DNA of 64,000 bases, taken from the NCBI GenBank assembly GCA_054600435.1, contig BAAIJX010000047.1, forward strand, positions 1 through 64,000. The letters are read 5' to 3'. Made by a program: the position numbers and the translations under genes. Positions within the stretch are counted from its first letter, which is position 1. The number at the start of each line of letters is the position of its first letter. A model generated the notes under the pieces. The model was not told the origin of the DNA. It searched no databases and saw nothing but the letters and a program-made list of their open reading frames with translations. The DNA is from Neophaeotheca triangularis (Eukaryota). Positions 11,497 to 24,609 of this stretch are shown here, in pieces.

Positions 11497-12533
11497 TCAA
11501 GCCTGTAGCTCTGCAAGCCTAATCCTTCCCTCTCCATCATACAGGATCTCCCTCACCTTCACCGATCTCAAGTGGTTCTTCCCGGATAAACTCGTATCGT
11601 GGTAGAACAAATACCATTTGCCCTTGAACTCCGCAATAGAATGATGCGTCGTCCAGCCCTTGACCGGATCTAGAATCTTGTCCACGTACGTGAAAGGGCC
11701 CAGTGGCGAATCGCCCATAGCGTATGCGAGAAAATGCGTATCGCCCGTCGAGTAGGAGAAGTAGTACTTGCCCTTGTACTTGTGCATCCAAGCGGCCTCG
11801 AAGAAGCGGCGATCGTGCTTGTCGGCTCGAATGAGTTCGCCATCATGGTCTCGTATCTCCAGACCCGTGACCTCGCTCGAGAAGCTGTGCATGTCGTCGT
11901 TCAATTTGGCGACTCGCGGCAAGAGCGCAGGCTCGGAACCGCTGGCTTCCATGGTGTCGTAGGCGGAGCGGTCGAATTCCCCACTGCGCCAGCATTGTAG
12001 TTGCCCGCCCCAGATGCCGCCGAAGTAGAGGTAGGCTTGGCCGTCGTCATCCACGAAGCTGGCCGGATCAATGCTGTAGCTGCCGGAGATGGGTTCGGGG
12101 TCTGGTTTGAAAGGGCCTTCGGGTTTGCTGCCTTCGGCTACGCCGATGCGGAAGACGCCTTGCTATAGGGATTTTAACACACACTTTGCGACTTTGCGTA
12201 TCGAAATCAGTAAAGCCGGCTTACCTTGTCTCTCGCCGGAAAATACAAGTAGTATTTGCCATTCGACTCAGCAGCATCGGGTGCCCACATCTGCTTGTCA
12301 ACCCATGGAACATCTTGAACGCTGAGAGCAACGCCGTGGTCGGTAACAGGTCCGTCCACTTCATCCATCGAGTAGACATGGTAGTCGGCCATGTCGTACT
12401 GATCGCCATTGTCGTTGTCTTCGATGTCTGTCTCGCGATCATGCGATGGGTAGACGTAGAGTTTGCCGTTGAAGACGTGAGCGCTTGGGTCCGCTGTGTA
12501 GAGATGGCTGACGAGGGGTTTGGGTTCGGTCAT
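11497..12533 (-). CDS. GH43 (subfamily 1-like) intracellular beta-xylosidase/arabinofuranosidase
   Basis: YTADPSAHVFNGKLYVYPSHD, WAPDAA, YSIDPASFVDDDG, RRFFEAAW and GWTTHHSI; no signal peptide; one intron near 12161-12224. Confidence 0.95.
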
Positions 12534-12683
12534 GGTTGTGGTTGCAATTCCTGTTTCGCCCGTTCAGCTTTCGTCACCTAATGGCAGACTGGTCTTGATA
12601 TCAATCTCGTCGGATGTTACTCGAGGCCTGAAGTCTGTCGTTGTTGTATATATCCCCCTCACTAAAGCCGGTAAATGTTGGAC

Positions 12684-12690
12684 TTTAGCC
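12684..12690 (-). promoter_or_regulatory. Candidate XlnR site GGCTAAA upstream of GH43
   Basis: Matches the XlnR consensus GGCTAR about 150 bp upstream of the ATG, next to a TATA-like element at about 12646-12653; a short motif that could be chance. Confidence 0.4.
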
Positions 12691-12826
12691 TGAAAGTACG
12701 CTGGGCTTACACAATGTAGCTTTAGTATGTCTTGGAAGGTCAACTCTGCATTAGTTCGATAGTTCGGTCTGGACAGAAAAGTGAATTAACGGAGTCATCT
12801 AGCTTGACCCTGACGAAGCTGCTCGA

Positions 12827-15069
12827 TTAAGCCTTCCAGTAGTGACCTCTTCCCTTGCCATGGCCCTTGCCCCAGTGGTGCCCCTTCCAAGCCTGCTTCC
12901 ACTCTTCATTCCACTGCCTATTATGTCCACCCCATTTGCGGCCGTCATGGCCACCTGAAGAGTCCTCGCCACCCTGCATCTCAGTAGCAAAAACAGCAAT
13001 GCTGAGCTCGGGCAGAGAGAAAGTAAAGGTACCATCCCCATCAGCCGTGACTTCCTGCGTGGTGACCTCAACAACATCCTTGCCAATATCATTGTAAGAC
13101 AAACCATCGGGGGCAGTCAGATAAGTCAAGTTAGCCTTGGTGCCGGCACCGACGCCTTCGAAATTGACGTGGAACGGCACGTCTTCCGAGCTGTTATAGA
13201 CAGCCGCCTTGACAATGTGCTGGCCGGTACCCTCGTTCTTCCCAGCGACGTAGTAAGCTGGGCCGAACTCTTCGTTGGCAATTGGCAGGGTTTCGCTGAT
13301 CCGAGTGTAGGAGAAGAGAGCGGATAAATAATGGCTCGTTGAGCGGACCGTTTGGCTCGGATCGGCCGTGTAGGAGATTTGGTCAGGCACCCACTGGAAT
13401 GCATTGAGATTTTGGAACGTCGGGGCGTAGAAGTTTGCGAAAACCTTGTTGCCGTTGCGCTCAGTACCCAAGAGGAAGATTGCTTCCCCAACGGAGCCGA
13501 TCCAGCTAGGGAACTGAATGCGGTCGTCGAAATCCTGGTTATCTGGATCCTCAACGTTGGCGTTCGTGGTGGCATATTCGCCGACGATGATAGGGTGCTG
13601 GGTGGTGTAGTTGTCAAAGAAACCGAATTGCTCCACGAACATGTCCGGGCGAGTATATTGATGATAGTCCCCGGCAGAGTTGTCGTTTGGGCGTGTTGGG
13701 AAGGTTTGAACGGTCGAAGCAATAATCACCATCTCCGGGTAGACGGCCTTGATAGCGTCGTAGAACATTGGAAAGCGGTACTCATTGTAAGATTCAAGTC
13801 CGTCGTTCAGATTATCTTCGTTGCCGATTTCAACGTAGTTGATCGGCCAAGGGTCCGGGTATCCGAGAGCAATGCGTCGTGCTCCCCAGGTCGTCGACTC
13901 ATCGCCCATCAAGAATTCGAGCTCGTCGAGAGCGTATTGAATCCATGGCTATGAAGGATCAGCAAAGATATGCGGATGTAGTACATTCGCACAGAGTAGG
14001 CTTACCTGAAGCTCCTCCGGGGTCAAAACAGTGCCATCCAGGTATAGTCCAGCCCAGAGACCTAAGATTGGCTCCATACCTAGATCTTCAGCCCAAAGCA
14101 GATACTCAACAAGACCTAACCCATCAGTGTTCTCGTAAGACCAGGTACCGGGACGACCCGGTCTCTCTGTGAGCGAACCAAGCGTCTGGTTCCAGTACCA
14201 CAAGTACGGAGGCATGTCACCCTCGAGATTGTTGCCACCTTTCGATTGTTAGGCGGCCACCGTATTCAGCCATGCGGAGAGAAGACTCACCGGGGAACCG
14301 GAAAAACGACGGGCTCAGCTCAGCCAACGTCTCCATCAAGTCAGTCCTCAGCCCATTTGGCCTGTTGTTGTAAGTAGGCGGGAACAGGCTGATGAGATTG
14401 AAATCCAGATAATCTTCTCCGACGCCACCCTTGTCAAAAGTGACAACAAGGGTGTTATTCGAGTTCGGAGCAGCAGAGTCCGGCGTCAGTGTATACTCAT
14501 GCAGAACCCACTCGCCCGACTTGCAAGCAGAGTCAACCTCCACGCTCCCGAAGGTCTCATCAGTGAGGTTAGATCGCAGCTCCACGGTGAATTTGCCGGA
14601 GTAGTCGCCTTTGGCGTAGAAGGAGCCGTTGTAGGGCTGCACTTGGACGTCCATGCCCCACCAACCCTCGTTGAGGAAACCGACTTGTTCGCTGGTACTG
14701 TTGCCAGCAGAGACGCGCATAGAGGTTGGCAGAGCCCATGAGAGCGGGTCGGAGAGATTTTGCAGCGAGAGAGAGGTATCGCCGACGGGTCGGTAGGCGG
14801 TCAAGGTAGATGGGAAGACCTCCGAGCCCTGGAACGCCCTGTTTTGGACGAGCTCAGCGTAGATGCCGCCGTCGCCGCTGTAGTTGATGTCTGTGACTTG
14901 ATTAGGGAAGAGATTCGTTGGCTCAGAGGGAGTGCGCTGACTTGCCCTCAAACATCACGCCGTACATCATCGGCGACGACATGTTACCCCCAGAAGAAGC
15001 GACATTGAGGTCGACGGCGTGACTGACGCTCAATAGCGCCGAGAGCGCTGCGGTCTTGTATCTCATCAT
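12827..15069 (-). CDS. Secreted GH51 alpha-L-arabinofuranosidase
   Basis: Signal peptide [59 protein letters not shown] and IIVGEYA; three short introns. Confidence 0.95.
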
Positions 15070-16207
15070 GATTGATATTTGCCAGGAGTGAGTTGGCAGA
15101 GCGTCTTCCAAGCGAGAAGAGTCGAGGGCAAGCCATCTTTATGTCTTCTCATGTTGGACCAAACCTCTCCCCCCCCCCCCCACGTATTTGGAGTACAATG
15201 ATGATATCCCGATCCACTTCCGTGCTCATCATAACTACAACGGTGCTCGCCCACTAGTACTCACGCGAGGATCGTACTGTTTCCGCCTTACCCATCGAGA
15301 AATGTCACACATCGGTGTCCCGGCGAGGGCGGAATGATCATCGCGGAGCCGCAACTTAGACAGAGAAGATGTAACTTCAAGCAATCAGAAACGTGCCATT
15401 CCGGCCAGCGAAGACGGGTGTCAGCCGCATGCTGTCGATCGCCATAGCAGATCAAGGGCGTGTGGAACAATAAGCTCCACCAAGATTGAGGAGAGGAAGA
15501 CAAGACGCGGGCGGCCCCGCAAGTGCTTGTAAGTGTGAGTAGTGGAGAGGTGTGGGGTGGAGAATCGTGAAGTGGAGACTGAAACGGATGCTGCGGGCAT
15601 CTCATATGCCAACATTATTCTGTTGCCTGTTCTATCTTTTACTACAACTCCGCATCACTCACGTTGATGAACATGCAGTGTGCCGTTTCTCAGAACCCTG
15701 CGATGCTGGGATTGGAGTGATTGAGACAGGCAGCGTCGCTTTAGCGGTCTTGTTAGTAGATCCACCACCAATAATGTCGCAACGCCATTTGATTGATTCC
15801 CGCATTACCTCCCATCAATTTGCATCAACTAGGCAATGCCCGAATGGCCTCATCAGGGTACCTTTGCAAGGAGAGTCCATGCTTGAATACATTCTGTGGA
15901 AGCCGTGCGGCAGCTCTTCTTCTCGATAAGTTGGGACCAAGTAGCTTTGCTGGTGTAAGTATTCATTGCTTTGAGCATTCTGCTGCGTTGGAACAGCCCG
16001 GAGCAAAGGTTTGTAGCCCACGAGCAGGCTTCTACGGCACCGGGGCAAGTTTCGGCTTCCATCGAGGAGCCGCTCGCCAACGCAGAGCCTACCTATTCGT
16101 CCTATACCGTTGAGCACCGTCGCCCAAAAGCTGAATTAGGGTGAGAGACTACCGTGAGGAAACTTCGGGGTCCTTTTTGCCCCAACTAGGAAGCCCGACA
16201 GCCCTTC

Positions 16208-16970
16208 CTATTTCATACAATTTCTCAGCGCGCTCTCCATGAGCACCTTATCGTACTGGGCATGCAACCACTGCACATGCCAAGGCATCGGGCCCCCCTT
16301 GGTACCAGTCTCATCCCTCTCCCCCAAACCATTGTAGAAGACACTCTTAAGCCCAAACTCGGCGACACCCTCCTCCTTCTTGACCTCCGCCAACATCTCG
16401 AACAGCCCGTCCGACTCCCTAACCTCCATCTTCCTCGGGCTGTCACCGCAACGCACCATAATCGACTCCGGGGTCTTGGAAACCACCTCGAAGTGATCTG
16501 TGATTTGCGTTCCAACCTGACCGCAATAAAAGACATCAGCTTCCACCAGCCAAAAACACCCCTGTTCTCAAAGCCAAACTCACCGGATAATCGCTCTTCA
16601 ACAACTCTCCCCTCTCCCAAAGTTGGCTCTTGGTTTCATCTCCTCTATATTTCTTCTCCAGAAACCGCCTCTGGTAAGCATAACCCACCCCGCCCCACAG
16701 CCCGGCGCAAAAGGCTTCGACCAACTTCCCTTCCTCGGCCTTCTCCAGCAATTCCGGTCGCAGCTGATCCAGCGGCACTTTCCGCAGGCAGAGGTCCTGC
16801 GTCACGGGCGCGTTGTTGGGGTTGTTGCGAGCGTAGGAGGTGGTGTTGAAGATGTAGTCGGTTGGGGGCACGGGAACGATGCGATTTTTGCGCGTAAGGG
16901 CTACGAAGGTGCTGGCGGCGGCTAGGGAGCCCCAGCCTACTACTGCTGTGGTGGTGCGGAATATGCCCAT
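16208..16970 (-). CDS. Fungal hypothetical protein (2 exons)
   Basis: Two adjoining ORFs with normal codon use are joined by a GTGAGT...CTGAT...AG intron; motifs FCAGLWGGVGYAYQR, TDHFEVV, RCGDSP and WLHAQY. Confidence 0.8.
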
Positions 16971-17293
16971 TGTGAGATAGACGAGGGAGTTGCGGCAAAG
17001 CACGAGGATAGATGAGAGAGGCTTTAAAAGAGGAGCTTTGGTGTAGATGGCAGATGCTTATGAAGCCAATTGCTGCCTACGTCCCAGGAGGTACGGTAGC
17101 TGGTTGTTGCTTCGGCGATAGATGCCCCGCTGCCTCGTATCGAGATGTTCCGCGCCTTGACTTCAGCCGAATCCGGCTTCTCCAACTCTAACACTCATCA
17201 AGGACCTTAAAACCATTACAAGGAATATCATATCAGACCAAACCTCCCAAACATGAGACAACATACAAGACTACCCTTTCAACTTCTCTCCTC

Positions 17294-17656
17294 TCAATCC
17301 AAAAATCGTGCATCCTCGTCGAGCCCCCATTTTCCTCCTCCCACCTTCCATTCCCTCCCCTCCGGATCATCGGTCCTCCTCAAAACCTCCGCACAAGCTG
17401 CTCGGAGCTTCTGTTTAACTGTGTTGGTAATGGCGTTCCAGAGACCGTCTGCCAAGGTGGTGAGGTCTGCTTGCCAGGTTTGAGAAGATGTGGAAGAAGA
17501 ACTCTGGCTGGAGGCGGGAGTGCTGGCTTGCTGTGGACTTGTTTGTTGAGGACTTGCTGATGTTGTGGTATTGGTGGAACGGGTACTGATAGCGTCGTCG
17601 TCGGTTATGATTATTGGTAGGCCAAGGAAGTGCTCCGGGAAGGCTTCCATGGTCAC
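17294..17656 (-). CDS. Possible small Ser/Thr-rich hypothetical protein
   Basis: 120-aa ORF with a low-complexity middle and no recognisable motif. Confidence 0.35.
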   Translation of the reverse strand: MTMEAFPEHFLGLPIIITDDDAISTRSTNTTTSASPQQTSPQQASTPASSQSSSSTSSQTWQADLTTLADGLWNAITNTVKQKLRAACAEVLRRTDDPEGREWKVGGGKWGLDEDARFLD

Positions 17657-18828
17657 TGCTTGCCTGGTTGGCTAGTGGTCATGCATGAAAGTCCTGCTAT
17701 GGTCTTGTAAGCGTTCGAGTGACTCAGGAGTAGGACTGGTACGAGAGCGAGATTGAGTCTTGCTCGGGAACGGGTGCCTTTGATTTGTTGGCCTCTGCCA
17801 GCTGTGGAAGCACGAGGTGAGGGCATTCTGCTGCAACGAGGTTACAAATCCATTGTCCGGATGCGGTCATAGGGGAACAACGTTGGATGGACAAAGATAA
17901 AACCCCGTGATCTTCGAGGCTTCGAACATCTGGAAATGGCTTTGTCTGCACCGGTCTGGCCCTCGTAGGAAGGATAGACATTGCAAGCATGATAGAGACT
18001 GGTGTTGCTCTTGAATATCTGGACTCGAGGCTTCGGGTACCTTGTTAACGAATGGTTGCGAACTTGGCTCCTTGCCTAAGCTCGCTGCTTGGGATGCGCT
18101 TTGTAGAAGTCGCCGGACTACAGTGATAGCCATTGATTCAGTGGTCCTACGTCGCTCTGTGTTCCCGGCGACTTAGCATCGTTCCCCTCCCTGCCTTCTT
18201 TATAGGTCGGGTGTTCACCTGCAACAGGTAACTTGCCTGTCCCGCGGCGATTACGGGCCGCTCCAGGGGTCGGCCCCGGACCGCTGAAAACAGCCAATCA
18301 CCTGGCCAGTAGCTGTGCTATCAGGCAGTTTGAACCCCACCTACACTATGTACCTAACCTTGGAAGGTTGCCTCGCGGATTTAATGGCTGCCAGTGGTTA
18401 ACGCCGAGGCCGGGGCTGACTCGACTCGACAGCTGCGCGGCATGGTCGTCGTTCTTTCTTTCTGCCTGCCCGCCTGCCTGCCTGTCCATATAAGGTACCT
18501 ACAAGACTGAAACTACCTATACGACTGGACCCGGACCCGACGTCGTGAACAATCATTCCTCGCCGCTGGTCCAAACACGACCATTTCGTCATTCCTGCTA
18601 CCTTTCTCGAGCTTCATACCTAAGCTGAGGTGACTTTTGAGAAGCAACAGATCATACTTCAACGACAGCGCGAGCGCATCGAACGAGCACAGTCTCTCTG
18701 GCCTGCGTCTACTTCAATCCTCTGCGAAAAGCGCGACGCCTTCGACCTGGCCATCTTCCCACCGAGCCCCTGCCTTTGCGCTCCAGACCACCACATTCAG
18801 CGCCTAGAGCGCACCTACTTCTGCGACA

Positions 18829-21749
18829 ATGATGCCCCGCAATGGTCCTACCCCTCCCTCTTCACACTCCTCTAACGGACCCTCCCCCGACGGCGCGCCA
18901 TTCCGCGTGGTCAGGAAACGTAACCGCATACCCCTCTCGTGCGGGCCATGCCGTCACCGCAAGCTCAAATGCAACCGTGGGAGCCCTTGCGATAACTGCA
19001 GCAAGCGAGGTGATGCGGCTTCGTGCAATTATGCCAATGCGCAGAGCCGGCGCAAGAACACCAACGGCGGCACTGGCCCGGATGAGATGCAAAATCGCAT
19101 TGACAGGTTGGAGGGGTTGGTCCTGTCGCTCATGACAGCTGGCGGACAGCAGCAGGGAGGAGGCGCGGGAGCGGCTGCGGCGGCACAGGTGGCGATCAAT
19201 GGGAGTCGGAGTAATAGCACTACCAACAGCATGGGTGGGGCATCCGAGTTGCGGCTATATCGAGGGGAGGATGATATGATCAAGGAGGAAGGCGAAATGC
19301 CCGACGAAAGTGATGTCGACCAGGTCTCGAGAGGGATTGGGATAATGAAGATGGACAACGGACGGGCTCTCTTCGCGTCCGATGCGCATTGGTATGCGAT
19401 TTTGGGGGAGATTAGTGAGGTCAAAAACTACTTCAATGCACACAAGGAGGATTACGTGAGTCAGGTAGCCAAGGTGGCCGCGACAACAAATGATGGCGAT
19501 TCCAAGGGCACCATACTTTTGCGCGCGCCGTTGGCAAAAGACAAGTCGGAGATCTTGGCGCAGTTTCCGGCAAAAGCTGATAGTGATCGTTTGATCGCGA
19601 GATACTTCAATGCCTACGACCCGTCAGTGCACATCATCCACGGACCAACCTTTCAATCTCAATATGATCAGCATTGGACGAACCCAGAGGAAACTTCAGT
19701 GGCCTGGCTGGGACTCTGTTTCGCCATGATGACCCTGGCGCTGCAATCTTACACCCGAGCTGGAGACGAACCACCGGAATACCAGGGCAGGGCGCTGGAA
19801 CTCTCAAACACTTTTCGAAGGCTTACGGCCCAGTGTCTGATACTTGCGGACATTACGCAGCCGCTCCCTCACGCCCTCGAAACACTTATACTTCACATAA
19901 TGGCCGAGTACGGACGCAGTAGAGACCCTGACCCGGGCGTACTCATTCTAGTCAGTCTTTGCGTGCGACAGGCTATGAGAATGGGTTATCATCGCGACCC
20001 GGGCCCGCATCCGAACGTACCCCCTTTTCAAAAAGAGATGAGGCGGCGTGTTTGGTGTTTCGTCAGGACATGCGACCTCGTCATTTCTTTTCAATTCGGT
20101 ATGCCTGCCATGATCAGGACTGATCACATTGATACTTTACCACCGAGAAATCTCTTCGACGACGAGTTGTACGAAGATATGAAAGCCCTGCCGCCATCAA
20201 GACCGACTTATGAAGCCACGCCAATGTCTTATATGATCGCGAAAGCGAGAATGACCTTTGCGTTTGGCCAGATTGTAGAGCGAACGCAGTCGGTCAGCAA
20301 TCCACCCTCTCATGAAGAAACGATGGCCTTTGACCAGGAATTGCGGGAAGTCCGAGCAGGCCATCCACCGCACATCCAGATGCGCTCCTTCCAAGACTCC
20401 GCCCGAGATCCCGCTAACCTCATCATGCAGCGCTACGGGCTAGAAATGGTCTTCCTCCGTTCGCTCTTCGTCCTGCACAAACGCTTCATAGCCCGTGGTC
20501 GTGACAACCCGCGCTTCGCCTATTCCCGCCGCACCTGTATCGACGCCTCAATGGAACTCCTAGCCCACCAAGCAACTCTCCACCGCGAAGCGCAACCTGG
20601 CGGCCGCCTGCGGTCAGTCAAATGGTACATTTCGTCTCTCACAACCCACGACTTTCTGCTCGCCGGCATGCTCGTCTGTCTAGACCTCTATCACGTCGCC
20701 GAAGCGGAGTGCTACGGCCGCAAACCACCCACCACTGAGGCGGATGATCCCTCCGCCGATGAACGTCGTGCGAGCATGATGTCCGCAGTCGAGCATAGCA
20801 TAGCGATATGGCGTACGCTACAAGACCACAGCGTCGAGGCGTGGAAAGCTGCGACTACTCTGAGCGTTTTGGTGGATAAGTTAAAAGCGCACTCGGCGCA
20901 GCGCAGCATGGAGCAGAGCGCCCAACAATCGCAGCAGCCTCAGCAGCAAGACCGCAACTTTCAATTCTCCCGCCAAAACCAAAGCCAACCGTTCAACTCC
21001 TACACAAACTCCGACTTCCCCGCCGAGGACCTCGCGCCGGAGCAATCTGCCGCGATGACGCTAGGTATGTTGTCATCAGGCGGCATTACCTCACCGGGCA
21101 ACTCTTTCACGAATATGCAGCAACAGCAACAAGCAGCCAGTAACGCGGACAAGCAAGGCTCATACCCCCCAACCAACCTGGCAGCTCTACTAAACGACAA
21201 CCCTATGGGCGCCGAGAGAACAGGTCTGACGCCCGGCTACTCCGGGTCGGGTGGAATTGACAGTAGTGGCGCGGGGGCAATGAGCCCTTTCAGCCAGATG
21301 TTTGGCTCCGGTACCAACGCTGGCGGCGTGGCAGGTGGATTCAGCGGGCTCGAGGGCGGTGGTGACATCGATTGGGTGAGCCTTCCTCTTATCCTTCCTC
21401 CAACCCACCTCTTCCACGTGCGCGATGAAATCACATCAGGCACTCTACTGACTTTACCTTTCAGGGCGCCTGGGACTCCTACATTCAAGGCCCGTCCCCA
21501 CCGAACATGGACGCGAGTGCCTCTCTCTGGCCGCTGAATTTCGATTTTAACAACAACAATGCTCTGGTTCCGCCCATGGCGGGACAGCAGGTGGACCCGC
21601 AGCTGGCCGCTCAACAGGGGCAGAGCAGCGGTGGCGGCAATACAGGACCTCCCCCGAATGGCGGTGTTGCGAATGGCGGCTTTGTTGGTGCGAATGTGGG
21701 TGGGAGCGGTGATGGTGGTGGTAACAGTGGGGGTGGGTATGTAAGTTGA
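18829..21749 (+). CDS. Zn(II)2Cys6 transcription factor with fungal-specific TF domain
   Basis: CGPCRHRKLKCNRGSPCDNCSKRGDAASC and AMRMGYHRDP...EMRRRVW; intron 21376-21464 joins DIDW|GAWDSYIQG; the 3' end is less certain. Confidence 0.93.
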
Positions 21750-22665
21750 GACTTGTTGGGTGACTGGTTCCAATTTATCGCAAGCCAAGAAATAGGCAAG
21801 TCCAGCGTCTGTGAGCGCAGGCAGGTAACGATGCTACGAACTTGGAGTAATTTCGCCACGGCGTGGCTATGGTATGCCAGGGAGAATGTAAATGTTTATG
21901 ACGCCCCAAAGCTACTTGCAGCGAGGCGGATACGAAGCGGGCAGCGTAGAAACGCATGTATAGTAACACGATCTTCATATCGGTTCCTTTCTCTTGACCA
22001 AGATTTTGGGATACAGGGGTTGGTATCAGTTACAACGCTGGTAATCGAGAGTTGAATCACCAAGACAGGAAACTTAGGACAAGGTACTCAAGATCAAACC
22101 CGATATCGAAAATCTGGAGGCTTCAATTCTACCTCCAAGACAGCGATGGATTGCTAAGACACAAGACTCCGAAACGGTATCTATAAAAGGTGCAGAGCTT
22201 GCTCACTGTCCAAGTCCTTACCAGCGGTGGGGACGCTCTCAATCACAGACGTCTTCATACCACAGTTGGCCGGGACGACGTGGAGCTGTTTGTAAGACGA
22301 CCACAAGGACTTGTCTACCAAACTAGTTCGCTGGCGAGCCGCCGGAGAAATACAGTCACAGTTACAAACGACACGCACCCGACTAGAGCTCGACAGTTGA
22401 GACTATATCTTGATGTTTCCCGGCTCAAAAGACCTAGATAAGAGTGTGTGGCTCGAGATGAGACGTGTAAAAACCCAAATTAAACTATACTCGTCCATTT
22501 CCCTCCCAGACCGTCCACGCCCTTTCGCAACTCAGTCAACCCGACCGACCACACCAAAGCTCTCGAGCGCTGTCCACGCTCCCCCCAGAAAAACCCTTCC
22601 CGACATCACAACCCACTATCCAGGAACCAAAACCAGCCAAGCCAGCCCTCCAAACACCAAGACCC

Positions 22666-24609
22666 TCAGTCCCTCGCCTCCTTAGCAATAAACCCCTCAT
22701 CCATGACATAACTGCCCCCACCGCGCGCGACCTCAGTACCATCATCGCTCAAAACCCATCTCCGCCTATCCCTGACAACACCGCCACCCCTCCTGAACCC
22801 CCACTTCAAACCGCTTTGCCGCGAAGTCTCCAGTCCACGGCTTTTGAGTTTCCTCCCGGCAGCCGCTTTGGCTTCCCCATTGCTGATCTTGCCGATGAAC
22901 CCATGCTCCATGACCATGGCGTTGGCCGTTTCGCCGGATTGGTAGTAGTTGTCGACGTAAGCGCGGCGGGGGTTGGAGTGTTTGGAAGTCGGGTCGTCGG
23001 AGTTGGCGGTGGTGTTGTTTTGATCGTTGTTGTTGTTGTTGTTGTTGTTCTTGACGGCGGAAGCGAAGAAATCGAGGAGAGAAGCGGGGAAAGCGCTGGG
23101 TTCGTTGCGTTTGGGTTTCGGGGTGGGAGTGAGCACGCTGGTGACGGCGCGGCGGAGTTTGCCCAGAACACCGCTGGAGTGTAGTAGCGACGAGGCGTGC
23201 ATGTTGGGGGCGAAAGCGTCGTGGTGGGAGTTTTCGGGGGTTGCGAGCTTGCTAGCGGGAGCGTTTGGGCCTTCATCAGCAGAGGTTGTATCAACGTGGC
23301 TAGCCGTACCGACGGCGGCAGTACCGATGGCATGCACGCCGTTACTCGCGACGACCATTTCGCCGACCTCGCTCGTGCTACGGCCGCCACTCTTCTCGCT
23401 GCCCAGCCTCTCGCCGTTCATGCGCACCCACTCCTTGACTAGCGAGGGCGATTGAGCAAGTGTGCTGTTGGATGCAATGGCGTAAGCAACTATGCCGGTG
23501 ACGTGGGGCGTCGCCATAGAAGTGCCGGATAGGGAGTTGATGAAATTCGGGTCGCCGGGCCACGCGGAAATAATGTCCTCGCCTGGCGCGTACACGTCAA
23601 CACAGGCTCCGTAGTTGGAGAAATCGCTGCGGACGTCGTCCATACCCACGGAACCGACGGTGATGGCGCCGCCGTTTTGGCCGCCGGCGGAAGCGGGAGA
23701 GGAGGAGCAGGCGTCTTCGTTGGCGTTGCCGGCGGCTACGCAGGTGTGGATGCCGGCTTCGACGGCGGCGGCGATGGCTGCGTCGATGGCGGCTACAGGA
23801 GCGGAAGCGGCGAGGGAAAGAGACATGACGGAGCCTGCGGTGGCGATGGAGGGGTCGGCTTGCCTGTCGTCGTGGGCCTGAATGACGCGGTTGATGGCTG
23901 CGACGACGTTGGAAGACCATCCGCCACCTTCAGTGTCGAGAGCGCGGACCCCGAAGAGGTTTGCGTTGGAGGCTACGCCGAGGAGATGCCCGCCTGCTGT
24001 GGCTGCCACGTGAGTGCCATGGCCATCCGGATCACTGGTTTCGGAATCGAATGACCAGAGCATTTGCGCGCGGTCGTCAAAATCGTTGTGGGCTGTGTAG
24101 AGGCCCGTGTCGATGATGTAAATGTCCGCGCCGGTGCCGAGATCGGCGTTGGCGTAGTTGTAGGTGTAGTCCATTTGCTTGGGGTCGCCGCGTGACAGGT
24201 CATTGGTGGTTGAGATGCGTTGGAGGCCCCATGGAGAGTGAGGGCGGGAGCCGTAGGTGGCTTGCTGCCGTCTGCGGTGGGAGAGGGTGGATTGGACTGT
24301 TGTCGTTGCTTCGACGATGGAGACGTCGGTCATGTTGGCTAAGAGATCGAGACAGTGATGTTTCATATTTGCGGCGAAACCTTTAAAGGCGCTGTTGTCG
24401 AAGACGTGATGAACGTCCGGGTTGGACTCATTGAGGGCCAGTCGTTCGAGAATATCTGCTACTCGTGGGGGAATCGGTGATGATTTGTCGATGATGACAA
24501 TGTGTTCAGCGCCGCCTTGTTCGTGAGGGGCGACTTGTTCTTGTTGAGCCAAAGGAGCGGCCAGGATAGTGGCGGCGAAGGCCAAGGTAGTGAGTAGTGT
24601 GGACTTCAT
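22666..24609 (-). CDS. Secreted S8 subtilisin (proteinase K-like) with I9-type propeptide and long C-terminal extension
   Basis: Signal MKSTLLTTLAFAATILA; triad motifs IIDTG, HGTHVA and SGTSMATPHV; AAGN oxyanion motif. Confidence 0.93.
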   Translation of the reverse strand: MKSTLLTTLAFAATILAAPLAQQEQVAPHEQGGAEHIVIIDKSSPIPPRVADILERLALNESNPDVHHVFDNSAFKGFAANMKHHCLDLLANMTDVSIVEATTTVQSTLSHRRRQQATYGSRPHSPWGLQRISTTNDLSRGDPKQMDYTYNYANADLGTGADIYIIDTGLYTAHNDFDDRAQMLWSFDSETSDPDGHGTHVAATAGGHLLGVASNANLFGVRALDTEGGGWSSNVVAAINRVIQAHDDRQADPSIATAGSVMSLSLAASAPVAAIDAAIAAAVEAGIHTCVAAGNANEDACSSSPASAGGQNGGAITVGSVGMDDVRSDFSNYGACVDVYAPGEDIISAWPGDPNFINSLSGTSMATPHVTGIVAYAIASNSTLAQSPSLVKEWVRMNGERLGSEKSGGRSTSEVGEMVVASNGVHAIGTAAVGTASHVDTTSADEGPNAPASKLATPENSHHDAFAPNMHASSLLHSSGVLGKLRRAVTSVLTPTPKPKRNEPSAFPASLLDFFASAVKNNNNNNNNDQNNTTANSDDPTSKHSNPRRAYVDNYYQSGETANAMVMEHGFIGKISNGEAKAAAGRKLKSRGLETSRQSGLKWGFRRGGGVVRDRRRWVLSDDGTEVARGGGSYVMDEGFIAKEARD

